Source: Spirochaetia bacterium (GTDB lineage Bacteria; Spirochaetota; Spirochaetia; DSM-2461). Taken from it: a DNA stretch of 64,000 nucleotides. The stretch lies in contig OY764216.1 in NCBI GenBank assembly GCA_963668315.1, positions 3,264,001-3,328,000 on the forward strand, read 5' to 3'. The notes beneath the pieces were generated by a model. The model was given only the letters and a program-made list of their open reading frames with translations. It was not told the origin of the DNA and ran no database searches. Of this stretch, positions 20,673-30,317 are shown one piece after another. Position 1 is the first letter of the stretch, and every line of letters begins with the position of its first letter. The translations under genes were made by a program, and so were the position numbers.

Positions 20673-22130
20673 ATGAACAAATTTATAAGGAGAGACATTC
20701 CCCTTGCCCTTATCGCCTGGGTTTTGTCAGGCTGCTCGGGGGATAACCCGACTGTCATCGTGGTCGGCTCCGGCCTTTCCGGTCACGCGGCGGCTTATAA
20801 TGCCCTGGCGGAAGGGGCCGATGTGAGGTGGATCGAGAAGAATGAGACCCTCGGCGGGTCCGCGGTGATCGCTTCGGGAACTTTCAGCGCTCCGGGCACG
20901 AGGCTTCAGAAAGAGAAGGGGATAGAGGATTCCGTCGAGGACTTCATGGCCGATATGGACAGAATCGGCAAAGGCCGAGCGGATAGGGATATCATGAGGA
21001 CGTACGCTGAAACTTCTACGGAAGTCTGGGAATGGCTCGTTGATAACGGCCTTGAACCCAGCGAGAGAAGCCCCTTCATCGATCCCGTTCATAGTCCTTA
21101 CTCGATTAAAAGGACCTACACCCCGGTGAAGAATTCCGCCTTTGAGTATTGCCGATTATACCAGGACAGGATGAAAAAATATAAAAAGCACCTTACCACC
21201 ATGACTTCCACCGAAGTCGTTTCCCTTATAAGGGAAGTGGGCATCGTTACAGGCGTTACTTGCTCTGACGGAAATGAATACAGGGCGGATAGCGTGATTC
21301 TCTGTACCGGCGGATTCGGGTCCAACCATGATTTCATCGCGGAGCGAATGCCTGAATACAAAGAACTCATGACGGTTTCCATGCCCCAGAGTACGGGAAG
21401 CGGCTTAATCATGGCGGAAGAGATCGGTGCGCAGCTTGTCAATATGGATTATCTGGTGGCCTACTTCGGCGCCATAAGCCAGAAGGATACGAAAGCGGCC
21501 AGCTTCTCGACTCTGACATCGGGCTTCGCCGATAGATGGCATGGAGATATCTGGGTCGGCCGGGATGGTAATCGCTTTATTAATGAGGACGGATTCGACG
21601 AGGATCCCAGGGAAACAGCCATTGATGACCTGCCTGATCAGACTTCCTACATCATCTTCGACCAGGGAATGATTGAGGCTAACGACGGAAAAACGCCCCT
21701 CAGGAATTTCGAGGAGCTGGTCGCGGAAAATTTCGGGGTAAGAAAAGCCGATTCCCTTGAGGAACTGGCTGAAGCTTTCCATATCAACTACGGGAACCTG
21801 GAAAAAACTATCGAGAAAGTTAATCTTGCCGCGGAGACGGGGGTGGATGAGGAATTCGGCCGGGAAATCAATATGCCCCTTAATAAAGCGCCCTACTACT
21901 GCATAGAAGCCAGGGGAACCATCTTCCTCACCCAGGGGGGAGTAAAGGTGAATACCACATCGCAGGCGATTGACCGCGAGGGTAGAGTCATTCCCGGTTT
22001 ATATGCTGCGGGCGAAGTCATCGGTTCCGTGCAGTGGAGCGGAAAGGGATACTCGGGAGGAGCCGGTACTACCGGGGCTCTTGTGTTCGGTACGATAGCG
22101 GGAAAGAATGCCGTCATAAGCCGGAAATAG
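20673..22130 (+). CDS. FAD-dependent oxidoreductase, flavocytochrome c/fumarate-reductase flavoprotein-like, probable lipoprotein
   Basis: LSGC lipobox, VVGSGLSG, LCTGGFG, TQGGV, GLYAAGE. Confidence 0.85.
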   Translation: MNKFIRRDIPLALIAWVLSGCSGDNPTVIVVGSGLSGHAAAYNALAEGADVRWIEKNETLGGSAVIASGTFSAPGTRLQKEKGIEDSVEDFMADMDRIGKGRADRDIMRTYAETSTEVWEWLVDNGLEPSERSPFIDPVHSPYSIKRTYTPVKNSAFEYCRLYQDRMKKYKKHLTTMTSTEVVSLIREVGIVTGVTCSDGNEYRADSVILCTGGFGSNHDFIAERMPEYKELMTVSMPQSTGSGLIMAEEIGAQLVNMDYLVAYFGAISQKDTKAASFSTLTSGFADRWHGDIWVGRDGNRFINEDGFDEDPRETAIDDLPDQTSYIIFDQGMIEANDGKTPLRNFEELVAENFGVRKADSLEELAEAFHINYGNLEKTIEKVNLAAETGVDEEFGREINMPLNKAPYYCIEARGTIFLTQGGVKVNTTSQAIDREGRVIPGLYAAGEVIGSVQWSGKGYSGGAGTTGALVFGTIAGKNAVISRK

Positions 22131-22146
22131 TCCAAATCTTTCAAAT

Positions 22147-22181
22147 AGGGGGGACGGCACAGGTTGTCCCTCTTTTTTTTT
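22147..22181 (+). terminator. Intrinsic terminator
   Basis: GC-rich stem GGGGGAC...GTCCCTC followed by a T-tract. Confidence 0.7.
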
Positions 22182-22197
22182 CATCATAATATGTGCC

Positions 22198-22788
22198 ATG
22201 CCCCGAAAGAAAGTAATCATCGAGCCCCGGCTCATAATTGAAACAGCCTTCGAACTCATAGACAGGGAAGGGTTCACCCGTTTCTCGTCCCGTAATCTCG
22301 CGTCGAAACTGGGAGTCTCCCACATGACGATATACAACTACTTCAGCCGGGAAGAGATTCTGCACGCCGCCATTGATCATGGATTTCAAATCCTCCATAA
22401 CGATATGGACAGCAGAATCCAGGCCCACATCGAGTCCCGTGCCCATGCCGTGGAAATCTATAAGATCGCCGCGGAAAGCATGCTCGTTTTCGCCGGACAG
22501 CACAAGCATATCTACCGCTTTATGTTTGGAAAGGAACTAAAGGGAAATCAGCTTCCCGCAGAGATCAGCAGCAGATATCAAGGCATGGAGAAGATTATGA
22601 AACCTCTGCTCTCCGAAGATATATATTCCGATTTCAGAAAAGACAGCAGCCTTTTCCTGCGGCTGATAAACTCCATAATTCTGACCTATATTGACGGGGG
22701 CTATGAAAAAACGGAGGAATCCTGCCGGGAAGATATTGCAAGGAGTTTTGACAAGCTTCTCGGTTGCTATCTGGACATCTCCCTTTAA
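22198..22788 (+). CDS. TetR family regulator
   Basis: N-terminal HTH AFELIDREG...RNLASKLGVSHMTIYNYF. Confidence 0.9.
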   Translation: MPRKKVIIEPRLIIETAFELIDREGFTRFSSRNLASKLGVSHMTIYNYFSREEILHAAIDHGFQILHNDMDSRIQAHIESRAHAVEIYKIAAESMLVFAGQHKHIYRFMFGKELKGNQLPAEISSRYQGMEKIMKPLLSEDIYSDFRKDSSLFLRLINSIILTYIDGGYEKTEESCREDIARSFDKLLGCYLDISL

Positions 22789-22888
22789 TCTTCCCTTGCA
22801 GAGATTCGGAAGCGGCTGGGTTTTATATGAAGTCCTCGGACTAATGAACATGTGTATTGGCGTGTGGTTGATTGGCCTGGGCTTTTAC

Positions 22889-23239
22889 TCAGGCTTTTTT
22901 TTTCAGGTGATTCAAAGGAGCCCACCCAAGAAGATCTGGTTCGTTTTCCTTATACCCCCAGATCCAGCCATTCAATTCCTTCAATTGGATGAGAACTTCT
23001 CCTTTTATCAGGTTATGCTCTCTTGCCGTATAGTCCTGAACGGTGATGGCTTTTGATCCATCGACTGCAAGTATCTGTTTCGGAATCCAGCCTTCTTTCC
23101 CTTCTCCTTTACAGAATACCCAGTTTGGCCAATCTCCAGTTGGATCAGATTCCTCAATCAACACAAGGGCTTCTCCCTTTTTAATGGAAATAGGGGAGAG
23201 TGGGGCATCTGTATATTCTTTTATTACAATGTATCTCAT
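22889..23239 (-). CDS. Tandem SH3-domain protein
   Basis: Two SH3-like units: EYT...IKKGE...NW...EGWIP and DYT...LIKGE...GW...GWAP. Confidence 0.75.
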   Translation of the reverse strand: MRYIVIKEYTDAPLSPISIKKGEALVLIEESDPTGDWPNWVFCKGEGKEGWIPKQILAVDGSKAITVQDYTAREHNLIKGEVLIQLKELNGWIWGYKENEPDLLGWAPLNHLKKKA

Positions 23240-23274
23240 GCTTGCTCCTTCGGGAGAATGAATGGGTTATTCTA

Positions 23275-23400
23275 TAAATATCCCCATCAGGACAGAATCA
23301 TAATATATTCCATCTATCTTTAAATCTCTTCTATTTCAAATCCAAATTTCTTATATAAGTCAATCGCTTTTTTATTATCTTCCTTTACCTTTAAGGTTTC
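23275..23400 (-). pseudogene. GNAT acetyltransferase C-terminal remnant
   Basis: Minus strand translates to LKVKEDNKKAIDLYKKFGFEIE, then after a frame change IDGIYYDSVLMGI; no start or N-terminus. Confidence 0.6.
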
Positions 23401-23403
23401 ACT

Positions 23404-24012
23404 CTATGAAAGAGTCATCGTATCCCTTTCAATAGAAAATCGTTTTCCCATTTTTTCTTTCAGATAGGGGAGAGCTGCCTCATAATCATTCTGGTACTTT
23501 CCGAATGTCCCATCCCTGAGGATCTTATACCCTGCTTGTAGATAGATTCCGACGGCATGGTAGCTCCAGGTTTGAGTATGAAGAAAGCTGTCTTTATCGC
23601 CATCCAATTCTATTGAGGTTTTAATTACCTTACTCACAATTGATTTGCCTAATCCCATATTTTGATAATCTGGCTTGATGGAAACCCAATGAATTGAGGG
23701 GACTCTTATTTCATTTCTAGTGTTCCACCATGCCGTTGCGGTTCCTACTTTCTGACCTTCTTCAGTGGTGATAAAAATGCAGCGTTCCGAGAGTTCTTTT
23801 TTATATTTCAAGTATTCCCTGTCAAAATACTTCATTGCTTCGCTTTCTTCTGAGAATTCAAGCACACTGGTTTCTATTTCTGCCCAATGAACTTCATCTC
23901 CAGACTTAAAGGATTCATAGTGAAACCATTTCGGCAATCTTTCTTCGCAGTATTTAGTATTATATTTCCTTATGAGTATTATATTGAAATATGGTATGGA
24001 TTTATCCAACAT
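23404..24012 (-). CDS. GNAT acetyltransferase
   Basis: HWVSIKPDYQNMGLGK, HTQTWS...AVGIYLQAGY; start placed at MLDKSIPY (24012) to avoid a long overlap. Confidence 0.8.
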   Translation of the reverse strand: MLDKSIPYFNIILIRKYNTKYCEERLPKWFHYESFKSGDEVHWAEIETSVLEFSEESEAMKYFDREYLKYKKELSERCIFITTEEGQKVGTATAWWNTRNEIRVPSIHWVSIKPDYQNMGLGKSIVSKVIKTSIELDGDKDSFLHTQTWSYHAVGIYLQAGYKILRDGTFGKYQNDYEAALPYLKEKMGKRFSIERDTMTLS

Positions 24013-24535
24013 TACCCAAAATCCCATATGCATAACAATCATGCCATAACGGATTCCCGTCTTTGTCCGTTCTAAAGAATCCTTTCTGTTTGAAGAAGCC
24101 TTCTCTCTCCATTCCAATTTTCTCCATTACTTTCCATGAAGGAATATTCAGGGGATTGCAGAAAGCTTCAACTTTATGAGCATGCAATTCGTTGAAGGCA
24201 TATTGTATTATTGCTTGAGAAGCCTCTGTGCAATAACCCTGATTATGAAATCGGGGATTGAATATGTAGCCAAGTTCCCAAGTCATAAAAGTTTCTGGAT
24301 CGGAATGATGAAAATAGAGATGTCCAATCATTTTCCTATTGTCTTTCCGAACTACCGCAAGAAAGTCATTGCCGGTAGATCTTTTAGCAATCATAGTTTT
24401 GGCTTCTTCAACAGAAATCGGTTTCCCCGGTTCATAATCATAGATTTCTGAAAGAGACAAATATTCATAGAGGAATTTCCAATCGGCCTCAATGTGATTT
24501 CTAATAATTAATCTATCTGTTTTGAGTTCTATCAA
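24002..24535 (-). CDS. GNAT acetyltransferase (RimJ/RimL type)
   Basis: LKTDRLIIR, ELGYIFNPRFHNQGY, NIPSWKVMEKIGM. Confidence 0.88.
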   Translation of the reverse strand: MIELKTDRLIIRNHIEADWKFLYEYLSLSEIYDYEPGKPISVEEAKTMIAKRSTGNDFLAVVRKDNRKMIGHLYFHHSDPETFMTWELGYIFNPRFHNQGYCTEASQAIIQYAFNELHAHKVEAFCNPLNIPSWKVMEKIGMEREGFFKQKGFFRTDKDGNPLWHDCYAYGILGNVG

Positions 24536-24782
24536 GTGCTACCTCACTTTGACTAGCGGGATCATTCATTGATTATTAAATCATACTATCATTTGATATT
24601 TCTATTGGAAAGTGGAATCTTCTTTTCTACTAATTTATTATCACATAAATAGTATTTAAATTGAACTGCCCCTTGGTATGACGGAGAATATTTTATTTAA
24701 GTCAGACTTCTTAAGTCGATAATTCCACTATTATAATAAAACGGATACTTTATTTTATGTATTTAATCCGAGTGATTATACT

Positions 24783-25117
24783 ATGAGATATCCAGACTGT
24801 ATTTACAACAGACTTTCGGATGCAGGAGAATACTCCGAAAGTGATAAAGAGTCCATCATAATATAGAAACAATGGTACATCTTCTCTGTCGTCTGGGAAT
24901 GCTGCTGGTGGTGGAAGGAACAGATCCGGAAATCCTCTTCCAGATTATGACCAATATTCTCCTCTCATGGCGGAACGAAAAAGAACTCCTTGAAGGTATT
25001 GTCCTGACTGATGGAATCATTGGTATACAGGCAGGAATGAACCCCATAGTTCTGAAATCTCAGCTTCTTTCGTATCTGGGGGCAAAGACCGCTCTGGAAG
25101 CTTTTAGGAACAACTAA
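24783..25117 (+). pseudogene. Degraded gene with MotA cytoplasmic-helix-like segments
   Basis: GMLLVVEGTDPEIL and GIIGIQAGMNP resemble MotA-type motifs; upstream ATG frame (24783) stops early and no TM helices remain. Confidence 0.45.
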
Positions 25118-25174
25118 ACGCATGGGGTAGTGCCATATAACACAGTGTATTCCATCCGTTGAAAATTAAGTGGG

Positions 25175-26155
25175 CTAATTGTAATTTTCCAGACAAAGCT
25201 GCCATTCCTTAAGGATTTCTTCCTTTAACTCAACCGGTTCAATCACTTGTGCTTCTGAACCGTAGGACATAATCCATTTCTTTACATCGTACCAGCCGGA
25301 TGTGGTCATTGTCAGGAGGAGCCTTCCGTCATTCTGGGTTTTTATTTTCTGGTCGGAAGCCCATTTCCTTTCCCGGATATATCGGGCTTGATTCCTTGAG
25401 AAGAGGATTTTGTATTCGCGCGGTTCTTCGAATGTCAGGTTGAAAGCCGTGTCCAGAAGTTCTTGGGGATCAAAACCATTAGGCCGAATAAATGTTTCAT
25501 CCATAATTTCAAGAGTCTTAATCCTCTCAAGGGCCAGAGTTCGTATATCGGTATGTTCGTTAATCTGAGTGAAAAAATAGAAGCCCCCGTCTCTCTGGAA
25601 CAGGTGAAGGGGATGGATATTATAGGTTTTAATCTTGTCATCCCAAAAGGAGTGGTAGATTACCCGGCAGACCTTATGGGAAAGCATGGCGGAGATAAGA
25701 TCTTCCAGTATTTCTTCCTTATCGGAATAATCCTTATTCTGAGTATCACCCATTAGCATGATTTCCGAGAGTGTTCGAAATTGCTGAAGATGATTTCTGT
25801 CTATGGTAAATATTTTATTAAAAGCCCTGTTGATGTATTCGCTGAATTGGGTATTCTTAAAAATTTCAGAACGGCTCCAGAGGAACATGAGAGCTGTTGC
25901 TTCACCTGCATCAAGGTCCAGATAGGGAACTTTTACTCTATTGTCCTGACGTATGTAGTTAAGAGAAAGATAAAATCGTTTCTTTCCCTCCCCATCATTT
26001 TTTTCCTGAAGAGGAAAAATCATTCTGATACCATCAATCTCTCTCTGTGCCGTGCGGTAGGAACATTCATATATATCCATTATTTCCTCATAGGAAGCCC
26101 CATTGTAACGTGCGAGGAGAGTAATAATTTCTAAAAAATCTCGTATTTTTTTCAT
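25175..26155 (-). CDS. HTH-WYL-WCX transcriptional regulator (WYL-1)
   Basis: N-terminal HTH CSYRTAQREID; IHPLHL...GFYF...RTLALERI; WIMSYGSEAQVIEP. Confidence 0.9.
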   Translation of the reverse strand: MKKIRDFLEIITLLARYNGASYEEIMDIYECSYRTAQREIDGIRMIFPLQEKNDGEGKKRFYLSLNYIRQDNRVKVPYLDLDAGEATALMFLWSRSEIFKNTQFSEYINRAFNKIFTIDRNHLQQFRTLSEIMLMGDTQNKDYSDKEEILEDLISAMLSHKVCRVIYHSFWDDKIKTYNIHPLHLFQRDGGFYFFTQINEHTDIRTLALERIKTLEIMDETFIRPNGFDPQELLDTAFNLTFEEPREYKILFSRNQARYIRERKWASDQKIKTQNDGRLLLTMTTSGWYDVKKWIMSYGSEAQVIEPVELKEEILKEWQLCLENYN

Positions 26156-26166
26156 GATTATTTATT

Positions 26167-26187
26167 ATAGGACACTTTTTGTCCTAT
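26167..26187. promoter_or_regulatory. Palindromic operator between WYL-1 and the divergent operon
   Basis: ATAGGACA-CTTTT-TGTCCTAT perfect inverted repeat (GAC-N7-GTC geometry). Confidence 0.7.
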
Positions 26188-26237
26188 GACTATTCTACCT
26201 TGTTGTCAAGGAGATTCATAAATGGGAGGATTATATA

Positions 26238-26681
26238 ATGTCAGATAAGGATATCATGAAAAATGAAGTGAAGAGAATTGCTGAAGCTCTCGGTAAATTT
26301 TTGGATTGTGAGCTTTTAGCAGGTGATGTTTCTGCTTCTGAAAAAATAGACAGTGAGGAATATGTATATTATCCGCTATTTTTGGATAAGAAAGAGGGAG
26401 TAACCGTTTCTATTGATTTCTACTTTAATACAAAAGAACCACACCGGATATCCCGTATCCATTTTTATTCCAGCATTGAATGCCAATCTCCGTGCATATT
26501 ACTTGTTGACAGGGGATATGATGAAGCCCTGGCGAATGATATGAAAATGATGTTGGATGGGATTCAGGGCAAGCCTCCGGTAAATGGTTTTTTTCTTGGG
26601 GAAGAGATTGTTTATGAGATTGACGATTCCATTAGAAAGACAGCGGAAGCTATCTGTGATGCTTTAGGTTATATGGACTAA
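26238..26681 (+). CDS. Hypothetical protein (147 aa)
   Basis: GGAGG RBS, clean ORF, no recognised motif. Confidence 0.65.
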   Translation: MSDKDIMKNEVKRIAEALGKFLDCELLAGDVSASEKIDSEEYVYYPLFLDKKEGVTVSIDFYFNTKEPHRISRIHFYSSIECQSPCILLVDRGYDEALANDMKMMLDGIQGKPPVNGFFLGEEIVYEIDDSIRKTAEAICDALGYMD

Positions 26682-26708
26682 TTCTCATAAGGAAAGGGAG
26701 AGCTATCT

Positions 26709-26957
26709 ATGGATGAGCAATTAAGAATAACCGTTCATGAGAAGGAGTTCCTGGTAGATTGTAGTTCTATGACCCCTTATGACGGGTACTGCATCATATT
26801 GGAACCTAAGGAGTGGGCGGAGGAGATTATTTCGATCCCTCATATCTTTTATCTGGCCAGACCCTATATGGCGTTCAGGGATAAGGGAGAGATTAATGCC
26901 AGGGGGATTCAGGCCATCGAGAGGTCTCTGCAAAGATTGATAGGAAAGGATATATGA
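26709..26957 (+). CDS. Hypothetical protein (82 aa), paralog of the N-terminus of 28657..29307
   Basis: GGAG RBS; FLVDCSSMTPYDGYCIILEP vs FILDCSGLESYGGKCVVMKP. Confidence 0.65.
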   Translation: MDEQLRITVHEKEFLVDCSSMTPYDGYCIILEPKEWAEEIISIPHIFYLARPYMAFRDKGEINARGIQAIERSLQRLIGKDI

Positions 26958-28141
26958 AAGATATAGAGAAAATACCCAACTGGATAACTGATAAGGTTGA
27001 GCTGGCCGAATCATGCTGGCCCAGGGCGGGAGGAGACAGGGCAAATCGTTCCCATGTTTCTATTCCCGGGCCGGATAAGGGAGAAATAATAAAAGAGATT
27101 GAACTGCCCATAGAGGAGAACGAGGACTTTTTCAGAGGAGTGTGGGGCTGCGTTGTCACGGATCACAATGACTTAAGGGTGCTTTACCGTGGCGTTTTAA
27201 CTGCGTTGACTATGGAGGGAGATCTCCTGTGGTATGTCAGGTTGAGTGATATTCCCGATATGGTTCCCGGTTACCAATTATGTCCTGTTGCCATAAAGGA
27301 TGGAGGTTGTCTCGTTCCATTAGAGAATGGAATCGTTATCCTGGATAATCAGGGGAAAATGTTTTCCAGATCGATTTTCGAAAAATCTCCATAGCCGATG
27401 ATATTCCCATTATCATTCTTGATGCTGATAATGACTCCGATGATGTTATGCACAACCATCGCTTTATATTGGAGGATACTCCGAATATTACAGAAGGGGG
27501 GGATATTATTGTCTCCGGTTGTTTTTTGGGTAATGTATTGCGGATTAATCAATCGGGAGTAAAAAATCTTGGCAATTTCGGCTATGACATTCCTTCGGTC
27601 GCCATTTATCCCGATAATTCGATGGCAATTTCCGGTTATTACCGTGCCGGTTTCTGCCGGGTAGACCGAGAGGGTAAAAAAGTATGGTCTACTCCTTTAG
27701 CGTATGCCGATTGTCTCCCGACAATCAATCGGAATAATGTAGCCGTCGTTGGCTCTCTTAATGATGGACTTTCTTCTTTTTTTACTGCAGAGGGATCACA
27801 AATCGGCAGCTATCATCGAACGGCTGTTTTCTCTGAGTATTCTCAGGATTTCTGGATTGCCCGGTCTGAGGAATATTGCAAAACTTTCTATTGACGGACA
27901 GGAGATCTGGGGGGGAGAACTCAGTGATGATGTGTCATTCAAAAATTACAAACCTATTGTCGACGGGACCGGTCGTATCTATGTCTTGGATAGTGATCAG
28001 CTTCTTTGTCTTTCTGGAGAAGGTGAGATTGTCTTTTCGCTTGCCTTTACGGAGCAGGAGAAATCCGTGAGAAGTCTCAGTTGTATATCTCCGGGAAGAA
28101 TGGCTCTCATTAATCATGGGAAATTGTTAATTATCGGGTAG
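26954..28141 (+). pseudogene. PQQ-like beta-propeller protein in three frames (two frameshifts)
   Basis: WPRAGGDRANR...GP start; propeller-like repeats (EGDLLW, EGKKVWS, DGQEIWG, PIVDGTGRIYV) spread over ORFs 26954, 27448 and 27749. Confidence 0.6.
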
Positions 28142-28180
28142 TGTTAAGAAGCCGGCAGGCGAACAGGATAAGGGGTATTT

Positions 28181-28516
28181 ATGAATAGGATGAATGAGGA
28201 AACAATAGACAATTTAAGCACTTATTATCATCTTCAATATTTCTTTTTTAACGGTATTGAATTCGTTCTGGATTCCCATAATCGGAAAAATTTTCTTGTT
28301 TATGAGTCATCCGGGGAAGAGAGGGATTTGGGAACAATAACTGCTGATTCCGATGAAGAGCTTCGTGAGAAAACAAGTGCTTTGGTGAAGAAAATGAAAC
28401 ATGACAAGTTTTCAACAGACCGGTGTTGGAGTGAAGAGTGGAGGGATTTATTTGAAGCTGAATCAATGGTTAAATCTGATAATTTATCGAGTCATCATAG
28501 ACAGGGCGGATTCTAG
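28181..28516 (+). CDS. Hypothetical protein (111 aa)
   Basis: ORF with AAGGGG RBS, co-oriented with neighbours. Confidence 0.55.
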   Translation: MNRMNEETIDNLSTYYHLQYFFFNGIEFVLDSHNRKNFLVYESSGEERDLGTITADSDEELREKTSALVKKMKHDKFSTDRCWSEEWRDLFEAESMVKSDNLSSHHRQGGF

Positions 28517-28586
28517 TAGATCACCTTTCCGTATGTATAGTATATAACGAATTAAATCCATATAAACGTATTTCTTTACTCCCTGT

Positions 28587-28605
28587 CGTTGCTGTATCTG
28601 CAACG
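28587..28605. promoter_or_regulatory. Candidate operator CGTTGC-N7-GCAACG
   Basis: Perfect 6-bp inverted repeat with 7-bp spacer upstream of 28657. Confidence 0.45.
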
Positions 28606-28656
28606 TTATGAAATCAGAGTATTTATGTCTGAATGTGATTTCGGCGGGAGGCTATT

Positions 28657-29307
28657 ATGAATGAACGGGTTGAAATATTGGTAAATGGTAAGACTTTTAT
28701 CCTGGATTGCAGCGGGCTGGAATCTTACGGGGGAAAATGCGTCGTTATGAAACCGGAGTGGATGGCGGGAGAGGATATCTGGTTGTTCCAGGATGATGAT
28801 CCGGATAATCCCGAATTGTATTATGTAAAAGGGACAGAAATCACATCGATAGGTTATTCTGCCCTGAACGTTGAACTGGAAAGAAGGCTTCATTTCAGAA
28901 CACATCTTGAAGGCGTTTCAAAGGAGGACTTTCTGGAGGAGCTGATTCTTTCAGCAGGGACTTTCTTTATTGAGGAGTGGAAGAGTACTCTGAAGTCAAA
29001 AACATGTGCCGATAAAATGGAAAAATCCCTTGAGGAGCGGGACTCCGAATTTTCTTCCGGTGAATTGATTTTCTTAAAAAGGGTTGTCCGTGAAGAAAAT
29101 GAAAGGCTGGAAGAGAAGATGGAGGAGCACAGTCTGCGCTTTCACAGAATTATTACTTCACTATTTAAAGAAAATACGGGTTTTACCCTGGAAGAGAAAG
29201 AAGTGAAGGCATTGATTCGTCATTGGAATATATACAGGGAATGGGGGATGGAAGAGCTGGTTTCTGATTATGTTTTTCCTCTAAAGATCAACTATGCGGG
29301 ATATTAA
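28657..29307 (+). CDS. Hypothetical protein (216 aa)
   Basis: GGAGG RBS; N-terminal region similar to ORF 26709. Confidence 0.65.
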   Translation: MNERVEILVNGKTFILDCSGLESYGGKCVVMKPEWMAGEDIWLFQDDDPDNPELYYVKGTEITSIGYSALNVELERRLHFRTHLEGVSKEDFLEELILSAGTFFIEEWKSTLKSKTCADKMEKSLEERDSEFSSGELIFLKRVVREENERLEEKMEEHSLRFHRIITSLFKENTGFTLEEKEVKALIRHWNIYREWGMEELVSDYVFPLKINYAGY

Positions 29308-29328
29308 GGTTAATATCCGTTTTTTTTT
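29296..29328 (+). terminator. Intrinsic terminator
   Basis: GGATATTA-AGGT-TAATATCC stem followed by T9. Confidence 0.65.
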
Positions 29329-29333
29329 AGTTT

Positions 29334-29367
29334 TTTTACATGACAGACTGGGATGAGTCTTGTAAAA
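29334..29367. promoter_or_regulatory. Inverted repeat upstream of WYL-2
   Basis: TTTTACATGAC-N12-GTCTTGTAAAA (10/11 match). Confidence 0.45.
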
Positions 29368-29390
29368 TGGTTAAAAAGAATATTAAAAAA

Positions 29391-30317
29391 ATGGATAGAT
29401 TGGAGCGGATAAAACAGATAGAAGAGATTCTCCTGGCCAATAACAAGGGCTGGACCCGGGCGGAACTGGCAAAGCGGTTCGGCGTGGACCGATCCACTGT
29501 AAAGCGGGATATCGACCGCATCCAGGAGAAGGACCTTTTGCCCCTGAGACTGGAGGGAGAGAAAATCTATCTGAACTGTTCCGCTTCGTTGAGCCATATT
29601 CCCATGGACATGCACGAGATGCTGGCCCTTCATCTGGCCACCCGCCTGCTTGTGAGAAAGAGCAGTTTTGCCTCTGAACATTTTATTTCCCTTCTCAGAA
29701 AGATATCCTCTTCCTTTGCGGATCATTCCGAGTTGATAAGCCGGTATATCGGCGATACAGCCGATGGGTTTGAAGAGCTGAATCGGGGGCGGGTGAACCA
29801 CAGGCGCACGGAGAACCTGGAACTGCTGAACCGGGCCTGGGCTGAGCAGAAGAAGGTGAAAATCCAGTACAAGGTTAAGGATACGGTTAAATCCTATACC
29901 TGCGGAATTTACTGCTTTGAACCCTATGCGGACGGAGTTTCGCTTTATGTGATCGCCCAGTGCGACGGGAAGGAACGGCTGAGCCATTTTAAGCTGGAAC
30001 GGATCCAAAACGTTAAGATAACCCGTGAGGGGTATGAGATACCCGTTGATTTTAATCCCCACCGGTATTTCCGGGATTCCTGGGGCATCTGGGTATCCCA
30101 TGAACAGCCGGTACGGGTGCGGCTTAAGTTTAATGCGGACGCGGCTGAGCGGATACGGGAAAACCGGTGGCATGTGTCCGAGGAAATAGAGGAGCTGGGG
30201 GACGGCGGCCTGGTATGGAGCGCCTGGATCAGCGAACCGAAGGAGATGGTGCCCTGGGTGCGGAGCTGGGGGGATCAGGTCGAGGTGCTGGAAGGTATTA
30301 ATATTAAGGTAGATTGA
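29391..30317 (+). CDS. HTH-WYL-WCX transcriptional regulator (WYL-2), BrxR/CapW-like position
   Basis: ELAKRFGVDRSTVKRDI HTH; PYADGVSLYVIA...FKLERI; WVRSWGDQVEVLE; start uncertain (29340-29391). Confidence 0.9.
   Translation: MDRLERIKQIEEILLANNKGWTRAELAKRFGVDRSTVKRDIDRIQEKDLLPLRLEGEKIYLNCSASLSHIPMDMHEMLALHLATRLLVRKSSFASEHFISLLRKISSSFADHSELISRYIGDTADGFEELNRGRVNHRRTENLELLNRAWAEQKKVKIQYKVKDTVKSYTCGIYCFEPYADGVSLYVIAQCDGKERLSHFKLERIQNVKITREGYEIPVDFNPHRYFRDSWGIWVSHEQPVRVRLKFNADAAERIRENRWHVSEEIEELGDGGLVWSAWISEPKEMVPWVRSWGDQVEVLEGINIKVD

Noticed and set aside
24872..25117. Functional flagellar motA gene
   Set aside because: Only 81 aa, lacks transmembrane helices and has no motB neighbour.
25175..29307. 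Prophage remnant
   Set aside because: No integrase, terminase, structural or replication genes were recognised.
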